This document shows, in pieces, positions 8,785 to 13,517 of a stretch of DNA of 13,517 nt. The stretch spans positions 1 to 13,517 of the forward strand of contig JBGPIA010000036.1 in assembly GCA_041484665.1 (NCBI GenBank). Reading direction: 5' to 3'. Made by a program: the position numbers and the translations under genes. The DNA is from Candidatus Krumholzibacteriia bacterium (GTDB taxonomy: Bacteria > Krumholzibacteriota > Krumholzibacteriia > JAJRXK01). Positions within the stretch are counted from its first letter, which is position 1. The number at the start of each line of letters is the position of its first letter. Below the pieces are notes generated by a model. That model searched no databases and had not been told where the DNA came from. It saw only the letters and a list, made by a program, of their open reading frames with translations.

Positions 8785-9419
8785 CGGCCGAACCTCCCGG
8801 GAGATCCATACCTGTGGGCGTTGAGACTCGCAGCCTGGACCAACAGGAGGACGCCGAGCTCGCCGCGGCGGTCCGCCTGGATCCCGCGAGCGAGCTGGCG
8901 GGCGCCGCCGCATCGGTCTTGCTCCGAAGGTACGCTGGCCGAGTCCACGCCTGGTGCAAGCGATACGTCCGCGACCATGATCTCGCCCTCGACCTGGCTC
9001 AAGAGGTGCTGATCCGGGCGTATCAGGGGCTGCCCAAGTTCGACGGGCGGGCCCCGTTCTCGGCGTGGTTGTTCGTGATCGTCCGCAACCGCTGCCTGCG
9101 CGCAATGCGCAAGCCCAGCTGGACTGCCGACGAATCGCTCGAGCTGGAACGGATCGCAGACCCGGCAGACCCGGTCGACGAACGCCTGGAGAGCCTGGAG
9201 GAGTACGACCTGATCCTGGAACTGATGGACCGCCATCTGGAGCCGTTGGAGCGAGAGGCACTGCTGCTCCGGGCCGTCGAGCGGATGCCGGTCGCGGAAA
9301 TCACGGAGGTATTGGCCATCGATCATGCCACGGGGGCGCGGGCAGTCCTGCAAACGGCACGGCGGAAGCTGCGCGCTGCGCTGGAACGGCACCCATCGCG
9401 GGGGAAGGCGACGCCTTGA
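8781..9419 (+). CDS. ECF-subfamily RNA polymerase sigma-70 factor
   Basis: Region 2: LLRRYAGRVHAWCKRYVRDHDLALDLAQEVLIRAYQGLPKFDGRAPFSAWLFVIVRNRC. Region 4: LEPLEREALLLRAVERMPVAEITEVL..RAVLQTARRKLR. GTG 8781 overlaps the CHAT stop (GTGA); an alternative GTG at 8814 has GGGAG upstream. Confidence 0.93.
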   Translation: MTAEPPGRSIPVGVETRSLDQQEDAELAAAVRLDPASELAGAAASVLLRRYAGRVHAWCKRYVRDHDLALDLAQEVLIRAYQGLPKFDGRAPFSAWLFVIVRNRCLRAMRKPSWTADESLELERIADPADPVDERLESLEEYDLILELMDRHLEPLEREALLLRAVERMPVAEITEVLAIDHATGARAVLQTARRKLRAALERHPSRGKATP

Positions 9420-10120
9420 GCGGCGAACACCTGGACGTCGTCGGGGTTGTCCTGGCGCGCTCCGCCCCGGCGGACGATCCGGGCCGCCAGCACCTCGAGC
9501 GGTGTGCGCAATGCCGCATCCTACTGCGGACCTACGAGCAATTCACTGCCGCGGATCACGTCGATGAACAAGCGGAGCGCCGCCTGCAGGCGTTCGTGAA
9601 CAACACAGTCGAGGCGCACCGCACGAGGGTCGGCGAGGCCAGAAACGTCGTTGGCGATCCAGCCCGGCCCCCCGCTCGTCAGTGGCTGGCGCCGGCGCGC
9701 GGATTCAGAGGGCGAGCGCTGCCTGTAGTGTTCGCCGTGGCGATGGCAGCGGCGGCCGTGGTGTGCTTCGTGCGCCTGCGGAGCGCCGAGAGCCCTGACG
9801 TCTTGCTGCGGCAGGGCCCGTCCGCCGGCGGCTCTGGCGCGCAGGAGGTGACCCTCGATGCTCCGCGAGCCACCTCCGGCGGCCCGGACTTGCGCTGGCG
9901 TCCGGTCGGCTCGGCCGATGCATACGCGGTCCGGATCTACGGCCCAGACCTACGATTGCTGGCGAGCCTCTCCCCACAACCGACGACGAGTCTAAGGCTG
10001 GATCGCAGCATCCCAGCACTTAGTGCCGTGCCCGAGAGCCTCTTTGCCCGTGTCGTCGCGCTGCGCGATTCCGTGGCAATCGGTCAATCAGTCCTGCGGG
10101 CGGTCGTGCTGCCGCGCTGA
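9416..10120 (+). CDS. Putative zinc-binding (ZAS-type) single-pass anti-sigma factor with extracytoplasmic beta-rich domain
   Basis: TTG 9416 overlaps the sigma stop (TTGA), with GGGGAAGG upstream. HxxxCxxC motif HLERCAQC at 9491..9514; TM ALPVVFAVAMAAAAVVCFV at ~9716..9772; C-terminal LRWRPVGSADAYAVRIY is an Ig/FN3-like strand pattern. The gene lies directly downstream of the ECF gene. Confidence 0.82.
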   Translation: MSGEHLDVVGVVLARSAPADDPGRQHLERCAQCRILLRTYEQFTAADHVDEQAERRLQAFVNNTVEAHRTRVGEARNVVGDPARPPARQWLAPARGFRGRALPVVFAVAMAAAAVVCFVRLRSAESPDVLLRQGPSAGGSGAQEVTLDAPRATSGGPDLRWRPVGSADAYAVRIYGPDLRLLASLSPQPTTSLRLDRSIPALSAVPESLFARVVALRDSVAIGQSVLRAVVLPR

Positions 10121-10133
10121 CCTGTTCCTGACA

Positions 10134-10157
10134 CCGGGGGGCCGGAGGGCCCCCCGG
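10134..10157 (+). terminator. Perfect 10-bp GC hairpin after the anti-sigma gene
   Basis: CCGGGGGGCC-GGAG-GGCCCCCCGG, 13 nt after the stop at 10120. No U-tract. Confidence 0.6.
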
Positions 10158-10242
10158 CAATGGCGTGCGGCCCACGTTCGCCCAGACACCGGTAGTGCTC
10201 GGGGTCAGGGAGCTGGGTCGGTCGTAGACGCCGACGCCGTCC

Positions 10243-10676
10243 TGCAGCGCCCGGGCCCGCCCGGTCCCCCGCTTTGTAATATCTACGATTTGGGAACTGA
10301 AGATCGTCGCGGTCATCCCCAACCTCGAGGTTGTCGACCGCATGCTGCGACACCTCGCGCGCGCCGCCGGAGGCCTGAACAGCGCCCAGCTCCAGCCTCC
10401 CGGCGATCCCCACCGGGGACGCGGGGGCCGAGGTCTGTTCCAGGCGGGTATGAAGGGAGATTCTCAGGCGCCTGGGGCTCCCGCCGTGCACAGGCGGCGG
10501 GAGCCACAGCCGTCCGGCGCAAGAGGATTGGGGCTCAGCGACCCGGCACCCGGCGCTCCGTGCCCACATGGCGCGCTCGCGACCCGCAAAGACGCCAAAC
10601 GCTCCACGCGCCCTCGATAGAAACCCTTCTACTCGGTTTGGTAGGCGGGGGGGAAACTCGTGTGCAAATGCCCAAT
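10243..10676 (+). mobile_element. Degenerate 3' remnant of an IS91/ISCR-like rolling-circle transposase with possible oriIS-like end
   Basis: In-frame translation from 10243 gives CSARARPVPRF..WELKIVAVIPNLEVVDRMLRHL, matching the typical IS91-like C-terminus (WARL..R..; MKI(I/V)A.I....V(I/V)..IL.HL). An in-frame TAG lies at 10225 and the CPxCGG segment is missing. GCAAATGCCCAAT (10664..10676) loosely resembles oriIS ends. Confidence 0.5.
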
Positions 10677-10859
10677 TGGCTGAGTTTGCCGGCAAGCGGC
10701 GGCGCCGCACCCGCCAGCACTGGCTGCACCCGCTGTTCGCCGCCCAGCGCTCGGGCGTAGGATCTAGCAACGCTTCCCTCAGAGAGCACGGCACGATCCG
10801 CTAGATCGGCCCACGGGCGGCGCGTAGCAGCACAGGAATTCCAAGTACGGGAGGCCGTC

Positions 10860-13055
10860 ATGCAATGTCGCTCATGGAGATCGCCGATCGCAGCCCTCGC
10901 TTTCCTGACACTACCATTCCTATTCCACGCTGAGGCGGGAGCGCAGTGCGTCGACTACGGCGACTACGCGCACTTCCTCGGGCGATTGGCCGTCACGGGC
11001 GATCAATTCGACGTGGCGATTTCGGGTGGCTACGCCTGCGTTTCCGACGGCTCCGCGGGCATCCAAATCGTCGACATCGCCAATCTCGGTTCCCCCCAAA
11101 TCGTCGGCCACACCTGGACCTCCTCGGATGCCCTCGCCGCGGCATGGTCGGGAAGCTACGCCTTCATCGCAGTGGGATGCTCGGGAGTCGACGTGGCCGA
11201 TGTCTCGAATCCCACCAATCCATCGATCGTCGAAACGCTGCCCACGCTGGCCTGCGCGCAGGACATCGCGGTGTTCGGCAACTATGCCTTCGTCGCCGAC
11301 GGCACTGCGGGCCTGCGGGTCATCAACAAGACGAATCCCCTGACTCTGTCCATCGCCGGCGGCATCGACACGCCGGGCTTCGCCCAGGCCATCGCCCTCT
11401 CTGCCAACGGGCAGTTCGCCTATATCGCGGACGGCTCTGATGGCTTGCGCGTGTACAACATCGCGACGCCTGCCTCGCCTTCCTTCGTCGGCACCTTCGA
11501 CACGGTGGGGCAGGCATTGGATGTGGCTGTCTCCGGCTCCTACGCCTACGTCGCCGACGGCGGCTCCGGCATGCAAATCGTCAACATCTCGAATCCGGCC
11601 ACCCCGTCTTTCGCGGGAAACGTGCCGTCGACGGGCTACGACGTCACGGACGTCGCGATCGTGAGCACGCAGGCCTACCTGGTGGACATGAAAGCCCTTC
11701 GGATCGCGGATGTCTCGACTCCGACGACGCCCCATGCGCTTGCGAGCATTGGCATGATCTACGCGCAGGGCTTGGCCATGTCGGGCAGCACTGCGTTCGT
11801 CGTGGACCTCAGCATGGGACTTCAGATCTTCGACGTCGCTTCGGCGCAGTTGGCGCTTCCGGTCACGACGTTCGACACACCGGGCTACTGCTACGACGTC
11901 CAAGTATCCGGAACGCGCGCCTATGTCGGCGATGGAAGCTCGGGCCTGCGCATCGTGGACATCACGACTCCCGGCTCACCGGCGCCGTTGGGCTTCGTCG
12001 ACACGCCGGGATCCGCCCACGAAATCGCGCTCTCGGGCAATCTCGCCTTCGTCGCCGACGGCAGCTCCGGGCTGCAGGTCGTGGACGTCACGAACCCTCT
12101 GTTGCCAGCCATCATCGGTAGCGCCGCAACGCCCGGTGCGACTACCAACTCCGTCGCAGTGGCCGGAAACTACGCTTATCTCGCCGACTTCGACGCCGGA
12201 CTCTGCATCGTGAACGTCGCGACGCCGAGCAACCCCACCGGCGTTCACAATGTCGCGCTTCCCCTCTTCGCCGAGTCGGTCGCAGTGGCGGGCCATTACG
12301 CGTATGTGCCCGTTCGGACGTATGGACTGCGAGTGATCGACATCTCGTCCCCCGGGTCGGAAGCGGTCGTCGGATCGGTTCCCACGGCCGGCTCCGCCTT
12401 CGGGATCGCAATCGCCGGCAACTACGCGTATGTGGCCGAGGGATACAACTTCGTCGGCCTCGAAGTCGTGGACATCTCCACGCCGACCGCTCCTTTGGTC
12501 GTAGGAAGTGTCGCAACCCGAGACCTGGCCGTCGACGTCGAAGTCGTCGGCGACTTTGCCTATGTAACGGATGAATACGGCGGGCTTGCGATCGTCGACA
12601 TCACGACCCCGACATCCCCGCAGCACGTCGGGATGCTGGCCACGCCCGATGTGGCCTACAAAGTCGATGCGCAGGGAAACTATGTCTACATCGCCACGAC
12701 CGGTGCCGGACTCATCGTCGCCCCGGCCCAATGCGCGCAACCGACGGCGGCGCAAGCGGCGAATTCCCTCGGCTCTCACGTCGTGACGCTCGGTCCGGCA
12801 TTCCCCAATCCCTTTCAGGGCCGCGCCGCCATGGCAGTCGACGTCGCTCAGCAAGCGCGCGTCGTGCTCGACGTCTACGACGTGCGTGGGCGGCTCGTGC
12901 GCAATCTGTTCGACGATGCCATGCCAGTGGGAAAACACTGGATAGACTGGGATGGCCGCGATGGCGCCGGGCAAGCTGTCTCGACCGGCATGTACTACAT
13001 CCGGGTCGTGGGCGGCAACGACAGCGAAGTGCAGCGGGTGGTGCGGTTGAGGTGA
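10860..13055 (+). CDS. 731-aa secreted LVIVD-repeat protein (14 repeats) with C-terminal FlgD-Ig/T9SS-type-A-like domain
   Basis: GGAGG RBS before ATG 10860; signal IAALAFLTLPFLFHAEAGA|QC. Fourteen ~42-aa repeats (V.(V/I)SG.YAYVADG..GL.IVD(I/V)S.P..P..VG..DTPG). Tail FPNPF..LDVYDVRGRLVR..WDGRDGAGQAVSTGMYYIR..RVVRLR. Confidence 0.93.
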   Translation: MQCRSWRSPIAALAFLTLPFLFHAEAGAQCVDYGDYAHFLGRLAVTGDQFDVAISGGYACVSDGSAGIQIVDIANLGSPQIVGHTWTSSDALAAAWSGSYAFIAVGCSGVDVADVSNPTNPSIVETLPTLACAQDIAVFGNYAFVADGTAGLRVINKTNPLTLSIAGGIDTPGFAQAIALSANGQFAYIADGSDGLRVYNIATPASPSFVGTFDTVGQALDVAVSGSYAYVADGGSGMQIVNISNPATPSFAGNVPSTGYDVTDVAIVSTQAYLVDMKALRIADVSTPTTPHALASIGMIYAQGLAMSGSTAFVVDLSMGLQIFDVASAQLALPVTTFDTPGYCYDVQVSGTRAYVGDGSSGLRIVDITTPGSPAPLGFVDTPGSAHEIALSGNLAFVADGSSGLQVVDVTNPLLPAIIGSAATPGATTNSVAVAGNYAYLADFDAGLCIVNVATPSNPTGVHNVALPLFAESVAVAGHYAYVPVRTYGLRVIDISSPGSEAVVGSVPTAGSAFGIAIAGNYAYVAEGYNFVGLEVVDISTPTAPLVVGSVATRDLAVDVEVVGDFAYVTDEYGGLAIVDITTPTSPQHVGMLATPDVAYKVDAQGNYVYIATTGAGLIVAPAQCAQPTAAQAANSLGSHVVTLGPAFPNPFQGRAAMAVDVAQQARVVLDVYDVRGRLVRNLFDDAMPVGKHWIDWDGRDGAGQAVSTGMYYIRVVGGNDSEVQRVVRLR

Positions 13056-13085
13056 TCGCTTCCTTGAGACTCGCCGCTCGAGAGT

Positions 13086-13304
13086 GACCTGCCCCAGGTG
13101 TCCGACGTGAAGGTGAAGCTGCTCGATCTGCGCGGGCGCGAGCGGGGCACGGTGTTCACGGGCACGCTCGCGGCTGGGCAACACCAGCTCGAGGGACGCG
13201 CGCAGGCGCGCGATCTGCCCAGCGGAGCCTACTTCGCTCGCGCGATCATCCAGTCCGACGGGCGCACCACCGTCCGCTCCACACGCACGCTGATCGTCCA
13301 CTGA
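13086..13304 (+). pseudogene. Orphan duplicated fragment of the gene-1 sorting domain
   Basis: Encodes DLPQVSDVKVKLLDLRGR..RSTRTLIVH* with no upstream gene body. Six of the 7 coding differences from copy 1 are non-synonymous. The GTG start at 13098 arises from one of these substitutions (GCG>GTG). Confidence 0.8.
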
Positions 13305-13379
13305 TCCGACGCGGGCTGCGCGCGCCGAGACGGCTCATTCGCTCCACGAGCGTATGCGGCCGCCTCGGCGCGCGTGGCT
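13086..13379 (+). repeat. 294-bp direct repeat, copy 2
   Basis: Matches 990..1283 with 11 substitutions; begins 30 bp after the LVIVD gene stop. Confidence 0.97.
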
Positions 13380-13517
13380 GTCCGTCGTGCCGTGGTGAGC
13401 ACCTACTAGGCTTCTCCCCGGCGGTTGCAAGCTGCAGGTGATACGGCGGGTTGAAGAGCAGGCCGCATCCCCCCTGCGAGCCTGGATCTGCAGGAAGCAA
13501 AAGAGGCTTGGCGTGTC

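Noticed and set aside
8613..9415. ORF-track starts at 8613 (sigma) and 9065 (anti-sigma)
   Set aside because: They would overlap the upstream genes by 172 and 355 bp with low-complexity extensions. The coupled starts at 8781 (or 8814) and 9416 are more plausible.
5686..10120. Type III-E CRISPR-associated Csx29/Csx30/sigma module
   Set aside because: No CRISPR array, cas7-11 or csx30/31-like gene is visible, and the CHAT and anti-sigma proteins are membrane-anchored. The link is an analogy only.
4072..13301. Long antisense or alternate-frame ORFs (e.g. 4072..5031, 6499..7722, 10023..10760, 10920..11903, 11976..13301)
   Set aside because: They are Arg/Ala/Pro-rich shadow ORFs expected in high-GC DNA, overlap well-supported genes or the IS relic, and have no recognisable motifs.
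13053..13304. Stop-codon readthrough giving the LVIVD protein a tandem second sorting domain (the fragment is in the same frame)
   Set aside because: A second in-frame TGA lies at 13065..13067, the fragment looks decayed, and a frame match has a 1-in-3 chance.
990..13379. Repeat pair as template/variable regions of a diversity-generating retroelement
   Set aside because: Mismatches are not adenine-specific on either strand (copy 2 has 4 A, 5 T, 1 C, 1 G at the variant sites), and no reverse transcriptase is present in the window.
13380..13517. Minus-strand fragment containing LLFNPPYHLQL (methyltransferase-like NPPY), or a convergent gene end in another frame
   Set aside because: Only ~140 bp are visible, with no other MTase motif, and the coding frame cannot be determined.

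Overview
GC-rich bacterial window. Three secreted-type proteins carry C-terminal FlgD-Ig/T9SS-type-A-like sorting domains, a style typical of FCB-related lineages such as Ca. Eisenbacteria/Krumholzibacteria (taxonomy is inference only). From left to right: (1) the left end of a probable IS66-family element (terminal IR at 139, start of tnpA on the minus strand) interrupting a beta-helix/passenger-like gene that ends in a sorting domain (140..1208); (2) a convergent 1435-aa mosaic surface protein (8 x ~56-aa propeller-like repeats, FN3-like and PPC-like modules, LVIVD repeats, sorting domain); (3) a divergent, translationally coupled three-gene operon encoding a membrane-anchored TPR-CHAT caspase-like protease, an ECF sigma factor and a zinc-binding (HxxxCxxC) single-pass anti-sigma factor, followed by a perfect GC hairpin; (4) a degenerate IS91-like transposase remnant; (5) a 731-aa protein with 14 LVIVD repeats and a sorting domain. 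Items 2-5 (11.8 kb) lie between two 294-bp direct repeats (990..1283 and 13086..13379; 11 mismatches, no indels) that duplicate the 3' end of gene 1 plus its hairpin. The most interesting candidate is a caspase-like-protease-gated trans-envelope ECF signalling cassette that may control the flanking surface proteins.
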